The notes under the pieces: generated by a model
Told to the model about the DNA's origin: nothing
Database searches by the model: none
Seen by the model: only the letters and a program-made list of their open reading frames with translations
Assembly (NCBI GenBank): GCA_016285145.1
Contig: JAEEQE010000009.1
Span: forward strand, 13,304-77,303
Direction of reading: 5' to 3'
From: Bacteroidales bacterium
GTDB lineage: Bacteria; Bacteroidota; Bacteroidia; Bacteroidales; WCHB1-69
Length of the DNA stretch: 64,000 nucleotides
Made by a program: the position numbers and the translations under genes
Part shown: in pieces, positions 17,979 to 26,746 of the stretch
Layout of the letters: the number at the start of each line of letters is the position of its first letter
Numbering within the stretch: the stretch's first letter is position 1

Positions 17979-18832
17979 TCAATACTGGATGGCCACGGAT
18001 TGGAGACTATGCCGGCCATGTCAAGCATAGTCTTGTGTGCGAGGTCGCGCATTCGTGCCGTTTCTTCTTTGCGGGATGCGGTGAGGTCTGGGATGATGGG
18101 GTCGCCCACATGGATGGTGACCAAAGGTTCGCCTTGGCAGAAGAATCTGCGCCATCCGGTACGGGGTCTGAAGGAGATTACCATTGGAATAATCGGGAGA
18201 GCATACTTGTAGGCCATGTTGAAAGCGCCTGTCTTGAAGGGCCTTAGCGGAGAATAGAATCTCCAACTGCAGCTTTCGGGGAATATGTGTATCCACTGTT
18301 TCTTAGCGTGCAGCTCGTCCAGAGCCTTGTCAAACGCTCTCAGTCCGCTGCGCTCCTCCGGAATGGCGATGCCTCCGATGTTTTTCATCAGGAATCCATC
18401 CTTGCCCCGGAAAGGCTGGGCGTACATGGGAATCCATGCTTTGCGGTAGCGCATCGCCTGCAACACGCTTATCATGTCCCACCGGTGCACATGGTTGCAA
18501 ACGGTCATCATGCCGTTGGCGAAGAGTTTACGGTTCTGGCGGATCTTCTCACGGCCTTCAATCCGAAGGCCATAGCGGATACGGTTTAATGGGAAAGCCG
18601 CAATCCAAAGTGTAAGGTAAATGAGAAAATGCCAGATTTTGAATTTCAGGGATTTGTCAAGATACGGGTACGTCCCGTCGAATTTTATGTCCTTGAGCTC
18701 CCCGCGTATGGGGGCCATCCTTGTGAAAGGATTGTCTCCCGAGAATTCCTCTGCCGGTTCGGGGACATACACCCCTTCGCGAACCTTGAAGTTCCGATAC
18801 GCAGGGCCAAAAGATGAATAGTCCTCTATCAT
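17975..18832 (-). CDS. glsA: Lysophospholipid (PlsC-type) O-acyltransferase, probable glycine-lipid O-acyltransferase
   Basis: HX4D motif CNHVHRWD and the FPE motif (IHIFPES). Operonic with the N-acyltransferase. Confidence 0.6.
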   Translation of the reverse strand: MIEDYSSFGPAYRNFKVREGVYVPEPAEEFSGDNPFTRMAPIRGELKDIKFDGTYPYLDKSLKFKIWHFLIYLTLWIAAFPLNRIRYGLRIEGREKIRQNRKLFANGMMTVCNHVHRWDMISVLQAMRYRKAWIPMYAQPFRGKDGFLMKNIGGIAIPEERSGLRAFDKALDELHAKKQWIHIFPESCSWRFYSPLRPFKTGAFNMAYKYALPIIPMVISFRPRTGWRRFFCQGEPLVTIHVGDPIIPDLTASRKEETARMRDLAHKTMLDMAGIVSNPWPSSID

Positions 18833-18894
18833 TTCAGGTGTTTCAGAGCGATGGCGGATTTCATGCCACCAGGTTATTATTCATTTTACGAGCG

Positions 18895-18902
18895 CAAAGA
18901 TA
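18895..18902 (-). promoter_or_regulatory. -7 promoter box (TATCTTTG on minus strand) for the acyltransferase operon
   Basis: Exact TAnnTTTG upstream of 18832. It is divergent from the + strand box at 18951. Confidence 0.5.
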
Positions 18903-18950
18903 ATAAAAAAAACTTTTTTTAACCTGACCGTTGTTTTTTATAAAATAGAT

Positions 18951-18958
18951 TATCTTTG
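18951..18958 (+). promoter_or_regulatory. -7 promoter box (TATCTTTG)
   Basis: Exact TAnnTTTG, 23 nt upstream of ATG 18981. Confidence 0.55.
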
Positions 18959-18980
18959 CACCAATCTTATAATAATTAAA

Positions 18981-20621
18981 ATGAAAAGGCAGATTCTTTC
19001 TTTGCTTCTTTTGTTTGTGAGCATTGCCGCGTCGTCCCAAACCGTTACCATCTCCTTTACGGCCCAAGACACGAATGCCTATCCTGTGCGGCTGAATCGT
19101 GTGACAATCACGAACTTAAGTAAAAACTGGCAGGAGACCATTTTCTGGCCCGACACTGCGCTGACGATGCAACTTGGAACAGGAATTGACGATTATGGGA
19201 AAGTCAGCAGGGTAGTTGTGTTGCAAAACAAACCAAATCCATGCGACGGTACTACGGAGGTGTGTTTGGCAGTGCCGGAAGACGGCCCGGTACAGTTGGA
19301 GATGACGGACTTGCGTGGGAGGTTGGTGTCTTCTCAGGAGATGTCACTGCAACGGGGGGTCCACTGCTTCCGCGCCACCCTCTCGTCGGCGGGCACATAC
19401 GTGATGACCGCACGTCAGAACGGCCAAAGCGGCTCCGTCAAAATGGTCTGCAACCGAGGGGCGGGATCCGATAACATAGATTACTTGGGTGCTGGTCCGG
19501 ACATCGACTATATGTTGAAATCCGTCAACACCAATCCGTACAATCATGGCGACACGATGGAGTATGTGGGCTATGCCGATATATGCGGTGCGGAGGCGGA
19601 GAGCCGGCATGTTGTGACACAACTTTTCCATATCACGTGCACACTGCATTTCTCGGAAGCGCAGTGCTTTCTGCCGGAAGTGCTTACGAATGCCATTGTG
19701 GAATTTACGGACACTACAGCGACAGGAGGCGGCCGTGTGATATCCGGTGGCGGCGCCCCTGTAACGGCCCGCGGCTTGTGTTGGAGCACCTCGCCTAATC
19801 CTATTGTCAGCGACAACCACACGACAGAGGGTGACAGTTTGGGAAGTTTCACCAGCTATCTCACGGGGCTGACACCCGGAACCCGGTACTACGTACGGGC
19901 ATACGCAGTGAACATAATGGGCACAGCGTATGGCGACACTGTGAGTTTCACCACCTGGCCCGCCTTTCATTGCGGAATGGATTTGGTTGTCGATATTGAC
20001 GGAAACACATACACCACATTGCAGCTTGGAACCCAATGCTGGATGAAAGAGAATCTGCGCACGACGCACTATTCCGACGGCACTCCCATCCAACAGGGAA
20101 GCTCAACGTCTGTGGATGTGGCTTATTGGTACTATCCGCACAACGATGCCACCACTGTGCCACTATACGGGTTGTTGTACAATAGGACGGCAGCGGTGGG
20201 GGTAACCGCATCCGGTATGCCGAATCGGAATATTTGTCCTGTCCGTTGGCATTTGCCCGATATAAATGAATGGTTTGATCTTACAAACTATGTTGGGAGC
20301 CAGAGTCAATATTGGTGTAATAATAATTCTAATTATATTGCCAAAGCGTTAGCCTCCACGGAAGGATGGGGAACATCGCCCAATACCTGCAGCGTGGGTA
20401 ATAATCCCTCCGCGAATAATGCCACCGGTTTTAGTGCGATGCCGGCAGGGTGTTACTACGGTTCTTATGGTGATTTCTGGGGAGCTGCTCATTTTTGGAC
20501 TCCTAACATGCAACAGAATCAAGGTCAAGTCTTCTCCCTGACTATGGGTGGAGCCTCTCCAAATCCATTTAATACAAGACAATCACATTACGGACATTCG
20601 ATCCGCTGTGTGCACGATTAG
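18981..20621 (+). CDS. Secreted protein with Fibrobacter-succinogenes-major-paralogous (FISH) C-terminal domain, Fn3-like module and an internal T9SS-CTD-like module
   Basis: - Signal peptide: MKRQILSLLLLFVSIAASSQ.
- FISH motifs: CWMKENLRTTHYSDGTPI and FSAMPAGCYYGSYGDFWGAAHFWT.
- Fn3-like module: GLCWSTSPNP...YYVRAYAVNIMGTAYGDTVSFTT.
- Internal CTD-like module: residues ~78-156, LQNKPNPCDGTTEV...MTDLRGRLV...GTYVMTARQNG. Confidence 0.75.
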   Translation: MKRQILSLLLLFVSIAASSQTVTISFTAQDTNAYPVRLNRVTITNLSKNWQETIFWPDTALTMQLGTGIDDYGKVSRVVVLQNKPNPCDGTTEVCLAVPEDGPVQLEMTDLRGRLVSSQEMSLQRGVHCFRATLSSAGTYVMTARQNGQSGSVKMVCNRGAGSDNIDYLGAGPDIDYMLKSVNTNPYNHGDTMEYVGYADICGAEAESRHVVTQLFHITCTLHFSEAQCFLPEVLTNAIVEFTDTTATGGGRVISGGGAPVTARGLCWSTSPNPIVSDNHTTEGDSLGSFTSYLTGLTPGTRYYVRAYAVNIMGTAYGDTVSFTTWPAFHCGMDLVVDIDGNTYTTLQLGTQCWMKENLRTTHYSDGTPIQQGSSTSVDVAYWYYPHNDATTVPLYGLLYNRTAAVGVTASGMPNRNICPVRWHLPDINEWFDLTNYVGSQSQYWCNNNSNYIAKALASTEGWGTSPNTCSVGNNPSANNATGFSAMPAGCYYGSYGDFWGAAHFWTPNMQQNQGQVFSLTMGGASPNPFNTRQSHYGHSIRCVHD

Positions 20622-20654
20622 AAGAAAACGATGTGGCGGTGTCCGTGCGTCTGA

Positions 20655-21851
20655 TTACGGCAGTTCCATCTTCCCCCTAACCCCATTATCGGGCATGGTT
20701 TCAATGTCTTTAAAAATAAATGGCAGAAATTCGGACAGATAGAGCCTCCAGTTGCGCCATACATGTCCTCCTGGGGTTTTATAATAAATGTATGGGATTT
20801 GTTGATGATGTATTTTCCGGACAAAACGCCTGCTCTGTGGATGGAAGATGTCCCGTTTGCCGGTTCCAATCCAATAGATGGTGTTCCGATGGCTTGGCAG
20901 TTGTTTTCGATGTACAATCGGGGAGAATAATCCCACATATTTGAAATTGTCCTCGTACATGTTGGCAAGTGTGGCTGACTGGGAAGCCCCCGCCGATAAA
21001 CCGGCCACCGCTCGCATGTTCATGTCGGAGGATATATGGTAGCGGGCGGAAAATGAACTGTCCAGTTGTGGGAATATTTGCTCGAAGTCGTGGTGAAACC
21101 AGGAATAGTAAAGGAGCAGATTCCGCATCATCCCCACACTTTCGTTCTGACCGATAAGTTTTTCGGGGTTGGCGTCAGGCATCACGATAATCATCGGTTT
21201 GGCTTTCCCTTGCCGTATCAGGTTGTCAGCCATCTGCACCACTCGTCCCCGGTCGTGCCAAGCCATTTCATTGCCGTCAACGCCGTGCAACAGATATAGT
21301 ACGGGATATGTTTGCTCTGTGTTGTCATAGTCAGGTGGCAGATATAGTAGGATGCGGCGTGTCTTCCCGCAGGCGGAATCCCAGAACTCGCACGTTTCTG
21401 TTCTCCCGGCCAACGAGTCAGTGTGGCACAAGTCCGACAAGGTGGAACCGGGAATGATGAACACACTTCGTTTCCCGTTCGAGATCCGGATGGAGTCTGC
21501 ATTGCCGGGGTCTATCAGCTTTTGCCCGTGTGATTGGAAACGATAGGTATAGACTTCCGGTGCGAGTGGAGGCGTGGTGTAGGTGAAACGACCGCTTGGG
21601 TCAGGGTGCATGCGCGCCGAGTGCAGGTTTTCCCTGTTCACATTGTATTTCTTGTTCCGCAATGCGCAATCGCAAAAGATGCGTACATGACGGCTCTCCG
21701 GCCTTTTGAGGACAAATGTCACAGACCCGTCTTCATTATATATGGGAGAACTGGATTCGCTTGGTTGCGCTTCCGTGAGTGCATGAAACAGCAGGAGCAG
21801 GATAATCAGTCTGCATCTATTTCTTCTGGATGGTTTTCTCATGATCCGCAA
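20655..21851 (-). CDS. Secreted esterase (alpha/beta hydrolase, esterase D/enterochelin-esterase-like) with N-terminal Ig-like/CBM48-like domain
   Basis: YPVLYLLHGVDGNEMAW and nucleophile elbow GLSAGASQS. Signal peptide RCRLIILLLLFHALTEAQ. The start is ambiguous (21851 or 21842) and overlaps the end of the GT4 gene. Confidence 0.7.
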   Translation of the reverse strand: MRIMRKPSRRNRCRLIILLLLFHALTEAQPSESSSPIYNEDGSVTFVLKRPESRHVRIFCDCALRNKKYNVNRENLHSARMHPDPSGRFTYTTPPLAPEVYTYRFQSHGQKLIDPGNADSIRISNGKRSVFIIPGSTLSDLCHTDSLAGRTETCEFWDSACGKTRRILLYLPPDYDNTEQTYPVLYLLHGVDGNEMAWHDRGRVVQMADNLIRQGKAKPMIIVMPDANPEKLIGQNESVGMMRNLLLYYSWFHHDFEQIFPQLDSSFSARYHISSDMNMRAVAGLSAGASQSATLANMYEDNFKYVGLFSPIVHRKQLPSHRNTIYWIGTGKRDIFHPQSRRFVRKIHHQQIPYIYYKTPGGHVWRNWRLYLSEFLPFIFKDIETMPDNGVRGKMELP

Positions 21852-22956
21852 TTTCCTCCATCAGCATTTTCTCGAAATTCGCCACAGATTCTGTTATACT
21901 GTATTGTTTGGCAAGTTCAGCGTATTTTCTTTCCATTTCTTTTCTGGCGTCCGGATGTTCAATCCAATAATCGATTTTTTGCGCCAGAATACGCGGCTTG
22001 CCGGGCGTGAACAAGCTGCGGCTGTCTAAGGCGAACTGGGGCGTTGCGCTCTGCGAACTGCTTGAAATAAGCGGCACCAGCCCGGAGCCCATTGCCTCCA
22101 AGCACGAAAGGGATTCCAATTCCACTTCACTCGCATGCACATACAGGTCCGCATATCCTAATGCGTTCATCAGTTGCCGGTCGGACATGTAGCCGATGCA
22201 GGGCGGATTGGAAAGCTTTTTCCCTTTCCTGCGGAATTTTTTCTCACTCAGGCCTGTTCCCACCAGAATCACTTGTATTTTGGATTCGTACGCCGAATGT
22301 CGGACAGCCTCCAGAATGATGTCCTGATGTTTTTCCGGCGACAGACGGCCCACCATCAGCACCACGAACTTGTCGGCACACCAGGAGGGTTTGTCGCATT
22401 TGTGCCAACTGAATTGCGGAGGACAACCGTTGCTGATAACGTGCATTTCAGAGGTGTATCCGAGTTGGACCAGATAGTCGGTTATAAACCGGCTCGGACA
22501 GTGTATATGGCGGAAAAATCTGAAGAAGTATCGGTTGAAGCAATTGTATATCAGTGTGTTTATCCATTTTACATTTTGCATGTGGAAAGAGGCCGTCACG
22601 TTTTCCGGTTGCACATGAAAGGCCGCTGTACAGGGCTTCCCCATTTTGTCGGCCATACGCTTCGTCGCCACCTCCAATCCAAAGGGCATGAAACAATGCG
22701 CTATATCACACCACTCCAAAGCTTCACGAACAACATCTTTATCCACTTTGGAATACTGAAAGCCATGCCGTTTGACCAGTCCGTTGAACAGTGGAAGGTG
22801 CAATTCCGGGACCACAAAACGATTGGTGTCCGGTATCCCGGTTGCAAGAAACTTCACCTCATGTCCGCGGCATCTCAATTCTGAAGCAAACCGCTTGGCA
22901 GAAATACTTGTTCCATTTTGGATGTCTATGGCTTCAATGACAAAAAGTATTTTCAT
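21817..22956 (-). CDS. Glycosyltransferase family 4 (GT-B fold)
   Basis: N-terminal MKILFVIEA..NGTSISAKRFA and the C-terminal E-x7-E-like region YVHASEVELESLSCLEAMGSGLVPL. Confidence 0.8.
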   Translation of the reverse strand: MKILFVIEAIDIQNGTSISAKRFASELRCRGHEVKFLATGIPDTNRFVVPELHLPLFNGLVKRHGFQYSKVDKDVVREALEWCDIAHCFMPFGLEVATKRMADKMGKPCTAAFHVQPENVTASFHMQNVKWINTLIYNCFNRYFFRFFRHIHCPSRFITDYLVQLGYTSEMHVISNGCPPQFSWHKCDKPSWCADKFVVLMVGRLSPEKHQDIILEAVRHSAYESKIQVILVGTGLSEKKFRRKGKKLSNPPCIGYMSDRQLMNALGYADLYVHASEVELESLSCLEAMGSGLVPLISSSSQSATPQFALDSRSLFTPGKPRILAQKIDYWIEHPDARKEMERKYAELAKQYSITESVANFEKMLMEEIADHEKTIQKK

Positions 22957-23003
22957 ATTTCAAGTATGTCTTCTATATAAGAATCGTGATTTTAAATCGG
23001 CGG

Positions 23004-23011
23004 CAAAAATA
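23004..23011 (-). promoter_or_regulatory. -7 promoter box (TATTTTTG on minus strand) for the GT4 gene
   Basis: Exact TAnnTTTG, 48 nt upstream of ATG 22956. Confidence 0.5.
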
Positions 23012-23329
23012 GTACTTTATATGTTACAAAATGATTTTATGATTTTTTATATAATATAGTAGATTGAATATAAGTATATTACAAATGTTAAAATATGTTA
23101 ATCAAGGAAAACAAGGGATTTTCCGTTACACTCGCGGATAGTCTGATCACTGTCGCGTTATACTTTACGGAAGGTTCAGTTTGTCAGCCCCATTAGACCT
23201 GTTTGAAATCGAGGAGGTCGGCGGAGTGGGGGCACAATAAAACAACGGGAAGCGAAAGGTCTCGGCCCAGTAGCGAAGAGGTGACGTAAAAGGCGGTGAT
23301 TAGCATCCGCTGGGTCTGGAAAACGGAAA

Positions 23330-23385
23330 GGTTGCTTGTGCTCTGGTTAGCAGGCTATTAGCCGGCAGATTGAGCAGAAGCAACC
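23330..23385 (-). terminator. Long hairpin (14-bp stem, 13/14 paired), probable terminator of the DUF937 gene
   Basis: GGTTGCTTGTGCTC (23330-23343) pairs with GAGCAGAAGCAACC (23372-23385). On the minus strand it is followed by TTTCCGTTTTCC. It lies 47 nt past the stop at 23432. Confidence 0.55.
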
Positions 23386-23431
23386 ATATCCTTTTCTTGC
23401 GCGGGAATGTAATGTGAAAACCCGGAAGGCT

Positions 23432-23932
23432 TTATTTCTTGATAATCTTTCCCAACAGGCCGCCAAGGAGTTTGCCTGCGCCGGAGGCTGAAGAGGAGCT
23501 GCCGCCGCCTAACAGGGAACCCAGCACATTGCCGATATTGCTTCCGGCGGAAGCGTGGTTCTTGCCGAGGATGGAGAGCAGGTTGGGGGCGATGGAGGCC
23601 AGGATGTTGGAAACTTGGTCGTTGGTCGTGCTGGTCTGGCTTGATAGCCCGGAGATGACGGAACCAAGGTTGCCGCCGAAAATCTTGCTGAGAATCTTCT
23701 TGCCGTCTTCGATGTTGATGCCCATGCCTTGGCCCGCGTGACTGCTCAACGCCTGTACCAAAGCGGATGCGCCCGCGGCAGTGCCGGCGTTCTTCTGCAT
23801 GGCACCTATGAATTTCGGAATGGCCGCCTTGATGACGTTGACGATCTTGTTGGTGTCGATGTTGAATTTTTTGCTGATTTCACCGATTATGTTGTTGCCG
23901 GTGAGAGAATTGATAATGCTGGTTAAATCCAT
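23432..23932 (-). CDS. DUF937 family protein
   Basis: MDLTSIINSLTGNNIIGEISKKFNID..., a Gly/Ser/Ala-rich C-terminal half and the repeated LLGGLLGK ending typical of DUF937. Confidence 0.7.
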   Translation of the reverse strand: MDLTSIINSLTGNNIIGEISKKFNIDTNKIVNVIKAAIPKFIGAMQKNAGTAAGASALVQALSSHAGQGMGINIEDGKKILSKIFGGNLGSVISGLSSQTSTTNDQVSNILASIAPNLLSILGKNHASAGSNIGNVLGSLLGGGSSSSASGAGKLLGGLLGKIIKK

Positions 23933-23958
23933 AATTCAGAGGTTTAAGGTTAAACATT

Positions 23959-23966
23959 AATGTTGC
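23959..23966 (-). promoter_or_regulatory. -7 promoter box (TACCTTTG on minus strand) for the DUF937 gene
   Basis: Exact TAnnTTTG, 27 nt upstream of ATG 23932. Confidence 0.5.
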
Positions 23967-24049
23967 GGCAAAGGTATAAAAAATTTTGGCAATGACAGTG
24001 TATCTGACCCCAGGGTAAAAAGGAAGTTCCTGAATCGTCATCCCAATAA

Positions 24050-24370
24050 GGGCCAATATCATTGCTCAATAAGTTGTTCCGGCAATCGTCAGTTACATAG
24101 AATGACATCAAAGTTACGGGCACGGAGGTAGGTGTTGGGAATTATGATGATGATCAGGTGATGGTGTGGCCCAATCCCACAACAGGTGTGGTGCGCATTT
24201 CGGCCACAGATCCTGTGACGCAGGTTGATGTATATAACGTACAAGGCATGTTGATGAAGCGAGTTCATGGGGAGAGCACCCTTGACCTGGGCAATCTGTC
24301 GTCAGGTGTTTATCTGCTCCGCATCCAGACTGAAAATGCGGTGAATATGAAGCGTGTGGTTTTGCAATAA
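24050..24370 (+). pseudogene. Orphan T9SS C-terminal sorting domain (3' fragment of a lost cargo gene)
   Basis: The frame is open only from 24050. It reads ..NDIKVTGTEVGVGNYDDDQVMVWPNPTTGVVRISATDPVTQVDVYNVQGMLMKRV..LSSGVYLLRIQTENAVNMKRVVLQ*, a complete type-A CTD with no signal peptide or cargo domain. Confidence 0.7.
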
Positions 24371-24397
24371 AAAGGAATCTGTGATCTGTAGTGGAAA

Positions 24398-26746
24398 TCA
24401 CGAGGCTTCGGCGATAACCACCGTTCCCTTGCCTGCGTCCATCCGGATCCGGTCGCCGTTTTTCAGCAACTTGGTGGCCCCTTTCATATTGACAATGGCA
24501 GGAAGCCCATACTCACGAGCCACGACCGCCCCGTGCGACAAAGACGATCCGATTTCGGTAATCATACCGCTCACGATGGAGTAGTACGGTGTCCAACCGA
24601 TATCGGTGAACCGCGCTACCATGATTTCTCCTTTTTTCAGCTTGTTTGCATCGTCAACGGAGTAAATGATATGCACAATCCCCTCACATTCCCCGTTGGA
24701 AACGGGGACGCCCTTCATCACGCCATCGTTCTCTTCCACAGTGAAGACATCCGCCGTGGGTTTGCCGATATAAATATCGTCAAAAGAGAGATTTTCTTGG
24801 ATGGCGTATGCTTTCCGGCGCCTTTCGGCAACATCGGGAAGGGTTGAATCGCCGTCAATCAGTTTGCCGATCTCGGGGTGTGTCAGAAAATAGATAAGAT
24901 CCGTGTCCGCCAAGAGCCCCGCCGCCACTAACTGATGGGCCAGACGTGCGTATTGTTGTTTGAACAGGTCAATGATTTGAATCAACCTCGATTTTGTGTA
25001 TTCGCGATCCACGACCGCCTGTCTGGCTCTTTTGGCAAATTGGATGGAGGCCCGTTTCAACAGCGGATTGCGGATAAAGGCAAATGCCTTGCGAAGGTCT
25101 ATCTTTTCTTCGCTTTGAACCAGATTCATTGGCGAGTGGATGATGCTCTGCAGGTAATTCATCAGCGGAATCTCGTCCTCTCTCCAGGGCTTGCTTCTCA
25201 TTTCCGCCTCCTTGATGCAGCGATGACCGTGACGGGACAGAAAATCCTGATATTTAGCGTGGATTTCGGCATCGTTTTTAATGTATTCCAACAATTCGTC
25301 GGCAGTGAAATGCAAGGCTTCCGGGTTGCGCTTTTTGATCAATGCAGCCAACTCTTGCAAGCGCGATAAAATATCGGCACTTTCGATGTTTGGAATGTTG
25401 GTGAGCAGATGCGACAGGAAAGACTGATACATCTTTTTGTCAGGAAAATACTTGTCGAGCATCATGTACAAGGTGCTGGAGGCGCTGCCGGACGACGATG
25501 ACGAGGCATAATGGTAGATGAGACTCTCATCCAAATAGGCAAGATTGTGGTCAATGTTTTTATAAAGTTCTTGGTATGAGGAGGTTTTAGTAAAATGAAC
25601 TTTGGTCAGCAGTGTGTCGAAACGCTTCATCGCGCGTTTGCCGGACAGCACATAACGCAGGAACTTGACGGAATTGACACCGCGTACAATCGGATTCGAG
25701 AACTTGGCGGTGATGGGAGGGTAGTCGTGGTATTCGCCCATAATGGACAGATTCATCGACTGCGGATTGGCAATCCCGACTTTGGTGTACATGTTGTATA
25801 GCAGATTCATATCGAAGAACAGATGCCCCGATATGGAAGAAATCAGCCGCAACGGCTTTTCCTCGTATGGAGAGCGATAAACGCCAGCCTTGTAGAGCAT
25901 ATAACGCATGCCGTAGTCGATGGCTTTCGCGGAGGTGGACAACGTCAGCGGCGTGACAGCTCCCGGCATCATCTCGCCCACATTCCGTTTGGTGAACAGA
26001 TGCCCGCTCAAGTCATCGTCGCGGTCAAACTCCTCAATATCTATGATTTCCGTCGTGATGGGACGCATTTGCAGCAAATAGAGTTTCCCGTCTTGAATAG
26101 CCCATTCCAGGTCTTTCTCCTCTGCAAAAATCGTCCTGACCTTTTTCCCGGTCTCGTAAAGTTCCCGGATTTCGTCATCATTGAGCAAATCATCGCTGCA
26201 GGGACGGTAGCACTTGCGGGAAATCTCGTAACGGTGGGCGGCAACCTGGCCGGAAACCAGATTTTCGCCTTGCCCGCTGACCGCTTCAATGAGGATGGCT
26301 GATCCGTTGGTTGGGCCAGCGGTGAAAAGCACTCCAGCCTTGTCGCTGTTGATCATCTCCTGGACAACGATATTCATCGAGCCCTGGCCCAACTCAAAGT
26401 GTCGGGCATAGTCCTCCACGCGACGGGAATTCAGCGATTCCAGACACTTGTTGACGCTTTCCATCAGATGAGCACGGTCCACAAACAGGCAAGTCTCATA
26501 TTGGCCGGCATTGGAGGCCGACGATTGATCCTCGTTGGAGGCGGAGGAACGCACCGATACCAGCCCCGTATTTATGGAATCAAAGGCTTGATAAACAGCA
26601 TCTTCGTCTATCTGGTCCGTGTCAGTGATGACAAATCCTTGCGGAACAGCAAATCCATTCCGGACCAAAAGGTCCAATCCTTTCGCCTTTCCTCCCACGG
26701 ACGGGTAAATGTTTTCTGGCAATTGTCCTAACGGATATATTTTCAT
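24398..26746 (-). CDS. PEP-utilising-enzyme family phosphotransferase (PPDK_N ATP-grasp domain, central domain, C-terminal swivelling phospho-His domain), rifampin-phosphotransferase-like architecture
   Basis: The N-terminus GGKAKGLDLLVRNGFAVPQGFVI is the pyruvate-phosphate-dikinase nucleotide-binding domain. The C-terminus TDIGWTPYYSIVSGMITEIGSSLSHGAVVAREYGLPAIV is the mobile His domain. No PEP/pyruvate TIM-barrel domain is present. Confidence 0.75.
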   Translation of the reverse strand: MKIYPLGQLPENIYPSVGGKAKGLDLLVRNGFAVPQGFVITDTDQIDEDAVYQAFDSINTGLVSVRSSASNEDQSSASNAGQYETCLFVDRAHLMESVNKCLESLNSRRVEDYARHFELGQGSMNIVVQEMINSDKAGVLFTAGPTNGSAILIEAVSGQGENLVSGQVAAHRYEISRKCYRPCSDDLLNDDEIRELYETGKKVRTIFAEEKDLEWAIQDGKLYLLQMRPITTEIIDIEEFDRDDDLSGHLFTKRNVGEMMPGAVTPLTLSTSAKAIDYGMRYMLYKAGVYRSPYEEKPLRLISSISGHLFFDMNLLYNMYTKVGIANPQSMNLSIMGEYHDYPPITAKFSNPIVRGVNSVKFLRYVLSGKRAMKRFDTLLTKVHFTKTSSYQELYKNIDHNLAYLDESLIYHYASSSSSGSASSTLYMMLDKYFPDKKMYQSFLSHLLTNIPNIESADILSRLQELAALIKKRNPEALHFTADELLEYIKNDAEIHAKYQDFLSRHGHRCIKEAEMRSKPWREDEIPLMNYLQSIIHSPMNLVQSEEKIDLRKAFAFIRNPLLKRASIQFAKRARQAVVDREYTKSRLIQIIDLFKQQYARLAHQLVAAGLLADTDLIYFLTHPEIGKLIDGDSTLPDVAERRRKAYAIQENLSFDDIYIGKPTADVFTVEENDGVMKGVPVSNGECEGIVHIIYSVDDANKLKKGEIMVARFTDIGWTPYYSIVSGMITEIGSSLSHGAVVAREYGLPAIVNMKGATKLLKNGDRIRMDAGKGTVVIAEAS

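Noticed and set aside
23184-23191. GGGGCTGA on the minus strand, which resembles the conserved 5' end of tmRNA.
   Set aside because: A ~350-nt tmRNA starting here would run through the GT4 promoter and into its coding region. I found no T-arm or ..TCCACCA 3' end and no tag-peptide reading frame.
23060-23430. Possible RNase P RNA, SRP RNA or riboswitch in the long spacer.
   Set aside because: The universally conserved cores are absent on both strands: GAGGAAAGTCCGGGC / ACAGAACCCGGCTTA for RNase P, GGAAGGAAGCAGCC-type for SRP, and the B12 box. The region is kept only as an unassigned finding.
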